Shown here piece by piece: positions 1 through 11,541 of a stretch of DNA of 64,000 nucleotides. Location of the stretch: positions 50,916-114,915 of the IMG/VR virus record IMGVR_UViG_3300031998_000028. One strand, given 5' to 3'. The stretch's first letter is position 1. Each line of letters begins with the position of its first letter. The notes beneath the pieces are model-generated. The model searched no databases and was not told where the DNA came from. It saw nothing but the letters and a program-made list of their open reading frames with translations. The DNA comes from a virus. Taxonomy: Duplodnaviria > Caudoviricetes. The translations under genes were made by a program, and so were the position numbers.

Positions 1-125
1 ATATTCATGGGAAGCTGAATCATAAATATCAAAATTCATTTATCCCTTAATTTTTTATAACAATTTTACATAATTTCTACTTTATAATGTAGGGAAGATT
101 GAGAATAAATTAAGGAGTCTTTTCT

Positions 126-581
126 ATGGCCTATAATCCTAATACTCTATAGCAATAGCTTCAAGATTTATCTCGACAATATCAATCACTAGTAGGCCAA
201 CAAATAGTGCCTACATCCCCAGTTCAAATACCAGTCCTTCCACATCAAATTCAATATGTAGAAGGTCTTAATGGAGCAACGCTTTATCAAACAAATATGC
301 CATCAAATAGCTCAGAAATAATTCTTGACAAAGATGAAGACATATTTTATAAAGTGTCAAAAGATGCAAACGGAATACCAGCAAAGAAAATCATTAGATG
401 TCGTTTCACAATTGAAGAAATACAATCGGACGAACCCGATTTCTTAACTCGCAAAGATTTTGAAGAATTTAAAGAAGAATTACGGCAAATGCTTAACGCG
501 CAATCCTCCGCTCCACTAAAAGTGGAAACAAAATCCCTCAAAAAATCTTCGGGAGATGTGATGCATGAATAGTCTGTTTAA
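126..581 (+). CDS. Gln/Pro-rich hypothetical protein, first gene of a 4-gene cassette (TAG=Gln)
   Basis: ATG at 126 after a GGAG RBS, in frame with ORF 207..572; in-frame TAGs, ends TAA at 579-581. Confidence 0.7.
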
Positions 582-864
582 TGGTTCCAACGCTTTGGCA
601 AAATTATCGAATCTTGCTCAATCTGCTCCTACAATAAATACCGCCCCATAGTCACCTAATCTGTTGTGGATGGCTATTGGGGCGGCTTTGCGTCATGAAT
701 CTCCTCAATCTTTTATGGAAAATTTAGCACAGACACACCCATTACTAAAACAATATGATTTATCTAATTTACCCCAGGCCGCCGCGCAAATATGCCAGCA
801 AAGAGGGGTAGATATGCAATCTGTTATTCAACAAATTGATAGTGTAACGTCATCTTTTATGTAA
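565..864 (+). CDS. hypothetical protein (TAG=Gln)
   Basis: ATG at 565 in frame with ORF 664..864 through one TAG. Confidence 0.65.
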
Positions 865-917
865 TCACCACGGTCGCGACGTGTTGAAATTTAATATTTT
901 TTAAAAGGAGATTGATT

Positions 918-1445
918 ATGAACGGTTCTTCTACTAGCTCGTTTTTCGGCTCTGATTGGCTCGGCGCGTTTTTAATCATTGCTGTCTTATTTGGAGGATT
1001 TGGCGGCTTTGGTTTTGGTAATCGCGGCGATGGTTTTGCTACTCCTGAATATGTTCAGAGTGCAGTGAACAATCAGTCAACTCAGACAGGACTGCGTGAC
1101 ATCCTTTTATCGTCCGCAAATAACAACTATGAAACCGCGCAGCTCATTAACAGTCAGACTCGTGACTTAATGACTATGAATTACACTAATCAAATCAATG
1201 TAGTTCAAGGTTTCAATGCAATTCAACAGTCTCTTGCTCAGCTTGGGTATCAGATGGATCAGTGCTGCTGCAGTATCAAGACTCAAATGCTCCAGGATAA
1301 GTATGAGAATCTTGAGAATATGTATCGTACTGCCCAGAATGATTTGTCCAATGCTGCGCAGAGCCAGTACATTCTTAATGCGCTCGGCCGCTTTGTGGCA
1401 TATCCTGCCTCAGCTGCCGCTGCCGCTGTAACTACTGGTGGTTAA
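918..1445 (+). CDS. membrane-anchored Gly/Phe-rich, Gln/Asn-rich protein with CCC motif (spore-coat-like phage family)
   Basis: WLGAFLIIAVLFGGFGGFGFG N-terminus and QMDQCCCSIK motif; AAGGAG RBS. Confidence 0.65.
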   Translation: MNGSSTSSFFGSDWLGAFLIIAVLFGGFGGFGFGNRGDGFATPEYVQSAVNNQSTQTGLRDILLSSANNNYETAQLINSQTRDLMTMNYTNQINVVQGFNAIQQSLAQLGYQMDQCCCSIKTQMLQDKYENLENMYRTAQNDLSNAAQSQYILNALGRFVAYPASAAAAAVTTGG

Positions 1446-1499
1446 TACATAATATAAGGGTGGGTATTTATACCCACTCTTTTTTTGAGGGGAGATAAA

Positions 1500-1811
1500 A
1501 TGCGAATAATTAAGTGCTTAACGGAGTATATCAATGAAGAGCTCCATGACGCGCAAAAATATGCAGAGAAGGCCCTAAAAGTAAAAGCTGACTATCCAGA
1601 AGTTGCAGAAGTTTTTGAAAGTTTATCCAATGAAGAATTAAAACATATGTACTCTTTACATGGATAGGTTACAAGACTTATTGAAAATTATAGAAAACTT
1701 TAGGGCGAACCGCCTGCTAATATGCTTGCTGTGTATGATTATTTACATGAGGAAGCAATTAAAAAAGAAAAAGAAATTCGATTACTTCAACAAATGTATA
1801 TAGAAAAATAA
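1500..1811 (+). CDS. ferritin-like four-helix protein (TAG=Gln)
   Basis: EELHDA...EELKH metal-ligand pattern; reads through two TAG to TAA at 1809-1811. Confidence 0.6.
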
Positions 1812-1917
1812 AAAGAAGCCCTCCGGGGCTTCTATTTTTAAAATTTGATTTTTTGATAAAATTATAGTATAATATATATATAGTAGAGGAAAATATATAT
1901 ATTATAGGTGAGAGAAT

Positions 1918-2889
1918 ATGTTAGAAATAGGTATACCTGTATATAAAGCAAAAGATACTTTACCAGAATTGTTAGATTCTATCGTTGCCTAGACGCGAAA
2001 AAAATTTTTTGTATGTTTATCTATTGATGGTGACGGAGAAGATTATTCTGAAATTATTGATACGTATAAGGCGCGTGGCCTTAAAATTCGTGTAATTAAT
2101 TCTGATATTAACGGTGGTCCAGGTATTGCAAGACAACGCGTATTAGATTCTACTTAGTGCGATTTTCTTATGTACGCAGATGCAGATGATCTATTAATGC
2201 CTCGCGCTGTTGAAGTATTATATAAAAAAATTACAACGAACAATTTAAATATTGTAAGAAGTGCTTTCATTCGCACTCATCGTGATACAGAAGATCAAAT
2301 TTTTAGATGTAATGATGCTATTGTTACTTGGTTTCATGGGAAAATTTATAGAGTATCTTATTTAAAAGAGAAAAATATAAATTTCCTACCGGAACTTCGT
2401 ATGGATGAAGATGCATATTTTAATATGCTTGCATGGAATGCAACAACTGCACATGATGTAGTAGAGGAAATAACTTATATTTGGAGAGAGAATCCTAATT
2501 CTATTACAGTTGCTAAAGGTCAAACCGATTATTTTATTAGAAGTCATATGGATTATATACATGGCCAAGTAGAAGCTTTAAAAAAATTATTTATGATTAC
2601 ACCAGAAGTCCCAACATTATTGATTACTTTAGAGTTAATTAACATTTTTTATCACTATATGAAAGCTAGATTTTATAAATGTGATGAAAAAGAAATGGAT
2701 GACTGCATTTCTACATTAAAAGATAAGGCTTGGTTATAGGTATGGATGCAGGGCGCGCAAAATTGGATAGATGTTTTGAATAATATTAAACCTGGTGAAA
2801 TTTATGATGGTCAATATGTGGTTTTCTTTGAAGAACCGTTCAATCTATGGGCTGTAAGATTATTTGGTAATAATGAAAAGGAGACTTAA
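1918..2889 (+). CDS. family 2 glycosyltransferase (TAG=Gln)
   Basis: IGIPVYK..LDSIVA[TAG]T, GPGIARQ, DADD (DxD) and MDED motifs. Confidence 0.85.
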
Positions 2890-4002
2890 ATGAAAGGATA
2901 CGCTGGGGGAATAGATTGGATTAACGCAGAAAGTATGCGTTATTGGAGTTTTCCATCTTCTTATAAAGGAGACAAAAAAGCCGAAACTCGTAATATGATT
3001 TTTTCTGGCGATTACTGGGGCGCGCTTAAAGTGGATGGTTATTATGAGCGTCTTATTAAAGATGAAGATGGTAATTGTTTTATGGTCGCGCGCAGCAAGA
3101 ACGTAAAAGGAGAAGCAGTTAATAAATATGAGTGGGTGCCGCAGATTCATGATTTTATGAAAAGTTTACCAAATGGTACCGTTCTACTTTCTGAATGTTA
3201 TTTGCCTGACAATGAAGGCTCACAAAAAATAACTGGACTTCTTGGATGTTTGAAAGACCGTTGCATCGCACGGCAGGCCGCAGGACAAAAACTTCATTTC
3301 TACATTTTTGATGTAATGTCATATGCAAACATAGATTGTTCAAAAGACAGTTTTGAACGACGTATTAAAGATTTAATCCATATTAAAAAATTATTTCCAT
3401 CTGAATATATATCCTTTGCTACTTATTATGAAGGTGAAGAACTTTGGAATGAACTCCAAAAAGCACTTGCAGATGGTCGCGAAGGTATGGTCATCATGCG
3501 CAAAGATGCCCCAGTTTATTTCAAACGGACGCCAGCGCGCGTGAGTCTCAAAATAAAGAAAGAACTTCGCGAAACAATTGATTGCTTCTTTACAGGGCGT
3601 GCAACTGCACCTACCAAAGACTATACAGGTAAAGAAATTGAAATCTGGCCTTATTGGATACATCAGGAAACTAATGAGCGACTTCCAATTGGTAATCATT
3701 ACTATGAAGCTTTTATGGAAGGCAAGCCATATATTCCAGTAACAAAACCATACTATAATCATTGGGCTGGGTCATTAGAAATCGGTCTCATTGATGACGT
3801 TGGCGCAATAATAGGTATCGGTTATTTAAGTGGTTTAACAGATGAAATCAAATCCAACTATAAAGACTATCAATACCGAGTAATTGAAGTCGGCGCAATG
3901 CAACTCACACCAGACGGCGCGCTTCGTCACGGAAAAATGTTGGGATGGCGCGATGACAAAATGTGGAGAGAATGTAATCTTTCACAACTTAAAACACTTT
4001 AA
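2890..4002 (+). CDS. ATP-dependent DNA ligase
   Basis: KVDG adenylation motif, FYIFD, EGMV, LKIK, C-terminal OB fold with LRH. Confidence 0.85.
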   Translation: MKGYAGGIDWINAESMRYWSFPSSYKGDKKAETRNMIFSGDYWGALKVDGYYERLIKDEDGNCFMVARSKNVKGEAVNKYEWVPQIHDFMKSLPNGTVLLSECYLPDNEGSQKITGLLGCLKDRCIARQAAGQKLHFYIFDVMSYANIDCSKDSFERRIKDLIHIKKLFPSEYISFATYYEGEELWNELQKALADGREGMVIMRKDAPVYFKRTPARVSLKIKKELRETIDCFFTGRATAPTKDYTGKEIEIWPYWIHQETNERLPIGNHYYEAFMEGKPYIPVTKPYYNHWAGSLEIGLIDDVGAIIGIGYLSGLTDEIKSNYKDYQYRVIEVGAMQLTPDGALRHGKMLGWRDDKMWRECNLSQLKTL

Positions 4003-4060
4003 GAGCAGATTATAGTCTGCTCTTTTTTTAAGTTCCTTTACAGAATCTCCACTTTAAATT

Positions 4061-4471
4061 ATGAGTAAAGGTGAAGATTTGATTGAGCATCTACTACGAA
4101 AGAAGAAAGTAACTTATACCAAAGAAAAGAGTTTTCCTGGATTCCGTGGCGGAAAAATGCGTTTTGATTTTTATTTACCAAATACTTCTACTTTAATTGA
4201 AGTGGATGGTGAGTAGCATTTTAGGTATAACTCTTATTTTTATGCCTCAAAAAAGGAATTTAATCATGCAAAGCAAAATGATTATTATAAAAATTCTTTT
4301 GCTCTCGCGCATGGATATAAATTATATCGTATTCCTTTTTGGGATTTACCAACTATTTAGCATTTTTCAGATATTTTTCAAGACAAATATTTAGTTAAAA
4401 GTAAATGGCATAATGACCAAATTTATCGCTAGTATTTATTGGAGGCACGCTCAAGTGGGAGATTTAAGTAA
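4061..4471 (+). CDS. Vsr/DUF559-like PD-(D/E)XK endonuclease (TAG=Gln)
   Basis: MSKGE..RFDFYLP..LIEVDGE[TAG]HF..RIPFW; missing from the code-11 track. Confidence 0.8.
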
Positions 4472-4949
4472 TGCTGCTAATCTGATTATTTTAGTAGGAG
4501 CAGTTATTGTAGCTATTAAGACTATATATGGATTCTTCAAAAAGCCGGTAGAGATTGTGTAGGAAAATGCACGATAGAATGAAGAAGAACATATAAAAGA
4601 AGTTCTAAAAGAAGAAATGCCAGACCTTCTTTCTAAGAACTGTGAACCTATATTGGCCTCGTTAGATGAAATCAAAGAGATGACATTAAATCAAGAAGAA
4701 AGGCTTGAACAGATGTAGAAATCTTTAGATTTATTAAATGTATCATAGCTTGATATGCTTCGTTATAATATGAATCGTTTATACTATAAGTATCGTCCCT
4801 ATAAAAAGATTCTAGACGCAGACAAACAAGCGTTTTTAAAGCTATATCATGACTATAAAGATATGCATGGTAACACCTGGATTGATTCTTTATATAATGA
4901 AGTTATAGAATGGCCTATTGTGGCTTCATAGGATGAATTGAAAAATTGA
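4455..4949 (+). CDS. membrane-anchored holin-like/hypothetical protein (TAG=Gln)
   Basis: GTG start after GGAGG, N-terminal TM helix, open only with TAG=Gln. Confidence 0.55.
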
Positions 4950-4999
4950 CATATGAATAAAAATATGATATAATATATACATAAGGGAGGAATTTTCTT

Positions 5000-5965
5000 A
5001 TGTATATATTTTTTTCTATTTTGATATTTATTATAGGTATAATATTTTTTATTATTGGTATCAAAAAGTAGAGTCAAGACCTAATAAAACTTGAAAAAAC
5101 TAAAAGTGAATATTTAGAAAATCGTATTAAAGATACCATAAAACGTTGTAATGATTTAGAGCAATTACATAAATAGTTAGAACTATAGCGCGATGCCACA
5201 TTACGAGAATAGCTAATTGAGAAGTAGCATTTAGAAGATCTCCGTAAGCATAGTCATGAGTTACTCTTATCTGAACGAGAACGTATTGATACAGAGATAA
5301 AAATGACACGCCACCAAAAAATGGAAGAACTCCGAAAGGAATATGATAATTAGCGAGTCCTTTTAGAGCATAATTTTCTTTAGCGTCGTGATGATATTAA
5401 TAAATAGCTTGAGACTTGTTAGAATGAATTAAAGGCATTTTAGGATATTTAGGCTTCTATTAATGAAGCCGCGCGCCGTAAGCGTGAGATAGAAGAACAA
5501 GAATCATTCTATTCTATTGATGTTTCTGAAAATGATAGAGAGGATATCTCTGTACTTTAGTCTATGGATACTCGACTACATAATAGAGATGTAATACCTA
5601 AGCTCATATGGGAATTATTTATACGGCGCCCGACCCAAGAGATGATTAAACGCGTGGTTGGTAATGAAAAGGCGAGCGGTATTTATAAAATTACCTATAA
5701 GAATACAGGAGAAGCGTACATTGGTAAGACGACAGATTTTGCAACTCGATGGCAGAATCATATCAAGACCGCTATTGGACTTGAAGGAGCTGCGAGAGCT
5801 ACACTTCATAATCGTATGGCAAAAGATGGTATCTGGAATTACACTTTTGAAATATTAGAACGAGTAGATAAAGAGTCTCTCGCATCACGAGAGTCTTATT
5901 ATATTAATCTATATGGAACAAAATCACAACTCAATATGAAAGAAGGGAATAAAAATGGAACTTAG
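5000..5965 (+). CDS. TM + coiled-coil protein with C-terminal GIY-YIG nuclease domain (TAG=Gln)
   Basis: GIYKIT..YIGK motif; upstream frame is open to ATG 5000 through many TAG. Confidence 0.7.
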
Positions 5966-7001
5966 TAAACTTCAACAACAAATAGTAAATGCAACAGAAG
6001 ATAAAATCGTTGTATTAGCGGCGGCCGCAGCAGGCAAAACTGCAGTCCTGACTGAGCGGGCGCGCAAGCTTCTACGTGATGGCGTAAATCCATCTGATAT
6101 AGCTGTAATTACTTTTACAAATCTAGCAGCACAAGAACTTCGTGACCGTTTGGCGGATGATTATAAAGATGGAATATACATAGGAACAATTCATGGCTTA
6201 GCTAATAAATTTCTTGTAACGCATGGTATTAGTACAGGTAAACTCATTGAAGATGAAAAATTTGATGAATTTTTTAGCCTTTTGCAACAGAATCCAACTT
6301 GTGTGAGACATATACCAATTATTTTATTAGACGAGGCACAGGATTCATCTTGGGAAGAATTTAATTTTATCTTTAATATGATACAACCAGACCAATTCTT
6401 TGTATGTGGTGATATACGACAAAGTATTTATGGTTTTCGTGGCGCGCAACCTCAGCTTTTAATGGAATTGGCGGAGGATTCTGGCGCAACGCTTTACGAT
6501 TTAAATGAAAATTATCGTAATGGCGCTAATATTTTATCATATGCAAAACGTATACTCGCGCGCGATGGCATGAAAGATTCTTCAATAGCAATGCGCCAAG
6601 GCGGTACTGTATACGAAGGCCCATGCGATGTAGAAAATATTGTTAAATGGATAGAGAAACATGGCACTTTTAAAGATTGGGCAATTCTTTGTTCAACTAA
6701 TGATGAAATTAAATGGCTTATGGGAAAATTAGAAGAATATAGTATTCCAACCGTTACTTTTAAGCAAGGTAAAATGACAAAAAAACAGCTGGAAACCGCG
6801 ATGAAAGACAATGTTGTAAAGGTCTTAACACGGCATTCAGCCAAAGGGTTAGAATTTCCGTATGTAATTGTTTATAATCCTAGTTGGTGGGGTAACGAAG
6901 CAAGACGTGTTAATTATGTCGCTGCGACGCGCGCACGCGATGTATTGATGTGGCTTGAAACACCAAAAAAAGGGAAGAAAAAGTTTTTTGGCACAGACTA
7001 A
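5955..7001 (+). CDS. UvrD/Rep-like SF1 helicase
   Basis: AAAAAGKT Walker A variant, TFTN, DEAQD, GDIRQSIYGFRGA, NYR, HSAKGLEF, YVAATRAR. Confidence 0.9.
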   Translation: MELSKLQQQIVNATEDKIVVLAAAAAGKTAVLTERARKLLRDGVNPSDIAVITFTNLAAQELRDRLADDYKDGIYIGTIHGLANKFLVTHGISTGKLIEDEKFDEFFSLLQQNPTCVRHIPIILLDEAQDSSWEEFNFIFNMIQPDQFFVCGDIRQSIYGFRGAQPQLLMELAEDSGATLYDLNENYRNGANILSYAKRILARDGMKDSSIAMRQGGTVYEGPCDVENIVKWIEKHGTFKDWAILCSTNDEIKWLMGKLEEYSIPTVTFKQGKMTKKQLETAMKDNVVKVLTRHSAKGLEFPYVIVYNPSWWGNEARRVNYVAATRARDVLMWLETPKKGKKKFFGTD

Positions 7002-7018
7002 GCTGTGCCAAAATTTTT

Positions 7019-8527
7019 TTATTTATTAGGCAGTTTAAGTACATCACCAGGATGGATAGTAGATGTAACTTTTAAACCGTTAAGTTTTGCAATTTCCGCA
7101 AATCTTAAACCATTTCCAAGTTCTTTTGCTGCAATTTTCCAAAAACTATCGTCAGGCTGAACTATATAGGTTCTTTCTGTGGTAGGAGTGGTTGTCGTTG
7201 GCGTTTCCGGTTCGGCCGGCGCGCTAGCTGTGCCTTCGATATAGAGGTCTGACGCCTTAAATGGACTCATAATTGTCATTGTGCCATTTGCATTTTTATT
7301 TAATACTACTCTATCACCACTTACACTTAATACAATCCAAATATCATTAATAACAAAATCTGGGACTTTCGTGGAAGTATTATAATATGTGGCGCCTTCT
7401 TTAACTCGAACTTTATCTCCTTTTTGGAGTGAAGTTGGGGTTATTTGGACTGGAGGTTGCGTGGGAGTAGTTGTAGTTGGTTGAGTAGAAGTTCCAACTA
7501 CTACACTCCACTTTGGACGACCAAATCCAGCAATTATTTTATTACCTTTTTTATAGGTAATACGCATTACCTAATCGCTAGCATTACCTTCGATAGTTGT
7601 AAGAGAAGTCCAGTTTTTGCCTGAACCAGTGACACTTTCAACAATACCTGTGTGGTTTATATCGCCACCATAGTAAAAGAAAATCTAATCTCCTACTTCG
7701 GGGTAATTATAGAAAGCACCATTGTTTCTGTAATATGCTGCGCTTGTTTTACATAATGCTGAGGCGCGGCCGACTGTTTGGTATGTCATGGAGGCACCCT
7801 ATTGCATTGTAAAAGCATGAGTAAAGCAATAATCTACAAAAACATCACACCAAGGTTGATGTTGAAGTTCCCAACCATAAAATTGGTTATCCCAACTATC
7901 TTCAGCGTATTTGATATAATTATTATAACCCTCTTTATATCCAAGTTCTGCGCGTGCTACTTTTAATAATCTTTCTTTTGCTTGGTCAACAGAAGAAATA
8001 GTTGTGCTTTCTGTATTAGTGGGCGCGTCTTTGAAATTCTTATAATGCTTTAAAGCATAATTATAACGAGTAGAAAGATTTTTAACTGCTGGATTTTCCC
8101 ATTGGTTCAATAAAAGTGAGGTCAAGTCATATAGATTATTACTTGTCTTCAACTTTTTCCAAATAGATGGGAAATCTTCTTTTAGTTCTTTAATTAAAAA
8201 AGAAGTTTGTAACTTAACATCACCTATAGATTGGTTCTTAGATTTTGAGAAATTTAGTAACTTTTGTTTTCTTGTATAGTAAGTCCATTGTGCAAGTCCA
8301 TAACCTGCGTTGTCTCTTACAAAATTAGTATATGTGCCATTATCTACAGCTTTTGTATATTCTGCATCAGACATTTTTAAAGAAGTATTATAAGAGTCTT
8401 GAAGGTTGTTTGCAACAAATCCGCTTTCAGCTTCTATATTGCCAAGCAAAGCGCAGGCACCTTCAATAGTAGTCCCGTTTTTAATAAAACGGTTATATAA
8501 ATATTTAATTGTCTCCTAAGGTGTCAT
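7019..8527 (-). CDS. endolysin: phage lysozyme-like + CHAP + LysM (TAG=Gln)
   Basis: ORFs 7799..8449 and 7019..7567 share a frame and are joined by TAG; GNIEAES/GYGLAQWT, PWCDVFV, GD[TAG]IFF, HTGIV, EGNASD[TAG]V, C-terminal LysM. Confidence 0.9.
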
Positions 8528-8819
8528 CTATTGAATATTCCTCCTCCGCTGCGCGTTGTAATTCCATTAATTCTTTTTGTGATTGTTCATATTTTTGCTG
8601 CAGCTCTTGTTCACGAGCGCGTGTCTTTGCAGTTTTTATCCATCCCATAAAACCGCATTCTCCAGTTACAGCTACAAAGAAGCAGGTACATAATGTATCT
8701 GGTATTCCACCAGTTATCATATATGTCCAATACATTAATCCAGTAAAAATAATTACTGTAATATATAAAAGAATCAGAATAAAATCCATCGTTTTCTTTG
8801 CCATTGTATATTCCTCCAT
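8505..8819 (-). CDS. putative holin
   Basis: two TM helices, directly upstream of the endolysin. Confidence 0.6.
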   Translation of the reverse strand: MEEYTMAKKTMDFILILLYITVIIFTGLMYWTYMITGGIPDTLCTCFFVAVTGECGFMGWIKTAKTRAREQELQQKYEQSQKELMELQRAAEEEYSIDDTLGDN

Positions 8820-8864
8820 ATATATAAGTAGAGAAAATTAGACAAAAATATAAAAAGCAGGAGA

Positions 8865-9389
8865 TTACTCCTGCGATAGTATATTATAAAATTCTTGGGA
8901 TTTCATATCTAAGTCATCTAAATTTGAATCGTTATTTATAATATAATCATATGTATAATTTTCTACATCATCATCTGCATGATTGCCATAATTTTCTTGA
9001 CCCGACCGCCGTATAAGTAATGAATATGTTTTAAATGGTAGTTTTTCATATAAGCGTTTTATTTCTTTTGGTTCTCGACAATGGATAAAAACATATCCAA
9101 AATCTTCTACGCCGTAGCGTTCTAATTCTAAGTAAAAACTTGTTGTACGTTTTGTCACATCTTGAAAAGGTATATCACCCCAATATGTTGCCATATCTTT
9201 AAGGTCAGAGAGATATTTACGACTTAGATTACCTTTTTCACCGTTCCACCCTAAAGTTTTTGCTATTTCTTTTATTTTATCAACTGTTGAAATATTTAAT
9301 ACATATTTTTCACCCGCGTGAGAAGTAAAATACTATACAAAAGTATCCTTGCCGCAGCCACCTTTACCATTAATTATTATTACTTTCAT
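8865..9389 (-). CDS. P-loop nucleotide kinase (dNMP-kinase-like) (TAG=Gln)
   Basis: MKVIIINGKGGCGKDTFV[TAG]..GWNGEK..R; extends ORF 8865..9194. Confidence 0.75.
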
Positions 9390-9784
9390 TTACTATAATA
9401 CTCCTTATATAGTTGAGGAATTTCTTCAAGTTTTATTTCATTTTTTTCTGCAATTTCTTTTATAAGCTGGGCGCGCTCTTCCTTTGAACAGATATGTACC
9501 TTATCAGTTCCAAATAGTGCTATAACTTCATATGGTATTGTACGCAAGGCGCGCTCTTTATAACGAAATTTCCAATATTTCCAAAGACTGGGTACATACC
9601 CATATACTTTACATTTCTTTACAAAATTTGCAGCCAATGTGCAGATTCTGAAAAAGAAAAGGTCTTCAATATTATTTGGGTCAAGGTCGCCAAGTACAAA
9701 ATAGTCATATTTACGTTGTGCAGTTGTAACACATATTAATAGACTATGAACAAATTTATCCCAACGTGCGGTATGTTTATTCAT
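9386..9784 (-). CDS. hypothetical protein
   Basis: ORF track, overlaps neighbours in an operon. Confidence 0.55.
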   Translation of the reverse strand: MNKHTARWDKFVHSLLICVTTAQRKYDYFVLGDLDPNNIEDLFFFRICTLAANFVKKCKVYGYVPSLWKYWKFRYKERALRTIPYEVIALFGTDKVHICSKEERAQLIKEIAEKNEIKLEEIPQLYKEYYSK

Positions 9785-10143
9785 TATGGGATTCCTCCTT
9801 TTCTTCTTTTTCTAATTGTTCTTCGTCTTTAAAAATAGCCAAAAGTACAATTAACATCCCAATAACTGTACCGGCCGCGCCAATCATAAGAATGGCTAAT
9901 ATGGTTAAAAAAATATACAATGCAATCATTTTACCTCTCCCTTTCTATCCAATTCTATATTTATATTATATCACAAAATTTTAAAAAAGTCAAATCTCTT
10001 ACCTTATTAAAAACGCGCGCAGGCGCACGCGTGATTATAATATAAATTTTAAAAATTTTCAAGTTTTAATTAAAAGAAAAAAATTTGAAATTTTTTCAAA
10101 AAAGTGGTATAATAAATATAGAATAAGAAAGGAGTATTATAAA

Positions 10144-10356
10144 ATGGACAATTACACAGAAAGTATTACATTTTCCTATGAAGTAAAAGGTGATGCTAAA
10201 ACTGAGCATGAAATGTATTTATCATACAGTTTTCCAGGCGGAATGAGCGTAGCTGCTTTCCATCGAGCCTGTAAGCGTTTTGGATATGCTTTGGGTTTTG
10301 CGCAACAAAATATTGAGGAATATTTTGGTGAAGATTCATATGATGATTGGGAGTGA
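10144..10356 (+). CDS. hypothetical protein
   Basis: follows a SigA-like promoter and AAGGAG RBS. Confidence 0.6.
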   Translation: MDNYTESITFSYEVKGDAKTEHEMYLSYSFPGGMSVAAFHRACKRFGYALGFAQQNIEEYFGEDSYDDWE

Positions 10357-10361
10357 GAAAA

Positions 10362-11171
10362 ATGAATTTTCTTGTGCGTGGAGATACGCACGGGCGCTTT
10401 ACATGGATAGACCAGCTCGGTAATTATATTCCTCGAGAAACATCTATTATAATTCTTGGCGACGCAGGTTTTAATTTTTATCTCAATAAAAGTGATAATA
10501 AATTAAAGCACTGGGTAAATCAGCGTGGATATATTATTTATTGCCTACGTGGTAATCACGAGGCGCGGCCGCGTGATGTATCCGGAATGATTATGTGGTA
10601 TGATAATACTATTAAAGGTAACGTATATATTCAACTTGAGTATCCAAATATTCGTTATCTTTTGGATTGTGGCATATATCAATTTGGTAAGTATAGATGT
10701 CTTTGTATTGGTGGTGCATATAGCGTTGATAAATATTATCGACTCGCGCGCTTTGGATATACAGATGAAACAAATGTCCCTACCAAAAGTGGTTGGTTTA
10801 ATGATGAACAGCTTGCCAGATATGAGATGACTCAATATGAGGCGCTTATTAGAGGTCAAAAAGTAGATTTTGTATTTACTCATACTTGTCCTTTAAGCTT
10901 CCAGCCAACTGACCTCTTTCTTGGCTTTGTAGACCAAACAAAAGTAGATAATACAATGGAAGTTTGGATGGAAAGCTTTAAAGATAGGTTTGATTGGAAT
11001 GTTTGGTGTTTTGGTCATTATCATGCTGACCGCATTGAGCGCCCGCACGTAGAACAGTATTTTAATGACATTGAAGAACTAGATGCTATTTATGAACGTT
11101 GGGAAAGATATAATAAAACTGGCGAGTTAGATTGGTGGTTAAATAAAAGTCCCAATTTTTATATGAGGTAA
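10362..11171 (+). CDS. calcineurin-like metallophosphoesterase
   Basis: GDTHG, GD, GNHE, THTCP, GHYH motifs. Confidence 0.9.
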   Translation: MNFLVRGDTHGRFTWIDQLGNYIPRETSIIILGDAGFNFYLNKSDNKLKHWVNQRGYIIYCLRGNHEARPRDVSGMIMWYDNTIKGNVYIQLEYPNIRYLLDCGIYQFGKYRCLCIGGAYSVDKYYRLARFGYTDETNVPTKSGWFNDEQLARYEMTQYEALIRGQKVDFVFTHTCPLSFQPTDLFLGFVDQTKVDNTMEVWMESFKDRFDWNVWCFGHYHADRIERPHVEQYFNDIEELDAIYERWERYNKTGELDWWLNKSPNFYMR

Positions 11172-11175
11172 GTCT

Positions 11176-11535
11176 ATGGAAGGAATCACTATTTTAGCAC
11201 AAAAAACAATAGACATAACTATAGGTTATACGTGGGGTTTTACTGGTTTTAGTGTTCTAGGTATTGCTTTGTTAGTTATAGGAATATTATGTATTACTAT
11301 TATGATATGTGAGAAAGACATTGATGGATTCATGTTAATAATGAGTATTATAGTAATCTGCCTAGGAACATTAACTTTTAGACTATCACCTATTAAGGAA
11401 GATGTCACTGAATATAAAGTTTTAATTAGCGACAATATAAGTTTTAATGAATTTTATGAAAAATATGTTGTTGAGAATAAAGAAGGAGAAATTTATACTA
11501 TTCGCGAAAAGACCACAGTGGAAAAAGGTGAGTGA
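11176..11535 (+). CDS. membrane protein
   Basis: two TM segments. Confidence 0.6.
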   Translation: MEGITILAQKTIDITIGYTWGFTGFSVLGIALLVIGILCITIMICEKDIDGFMLIMSIIVICLGTLTFRLSPIKEDVTEYKVLISDNISFNEFYEKYVVENKEGEIYTIREKTTVEKGE

Positions 11536-11541
11536 AATGTA

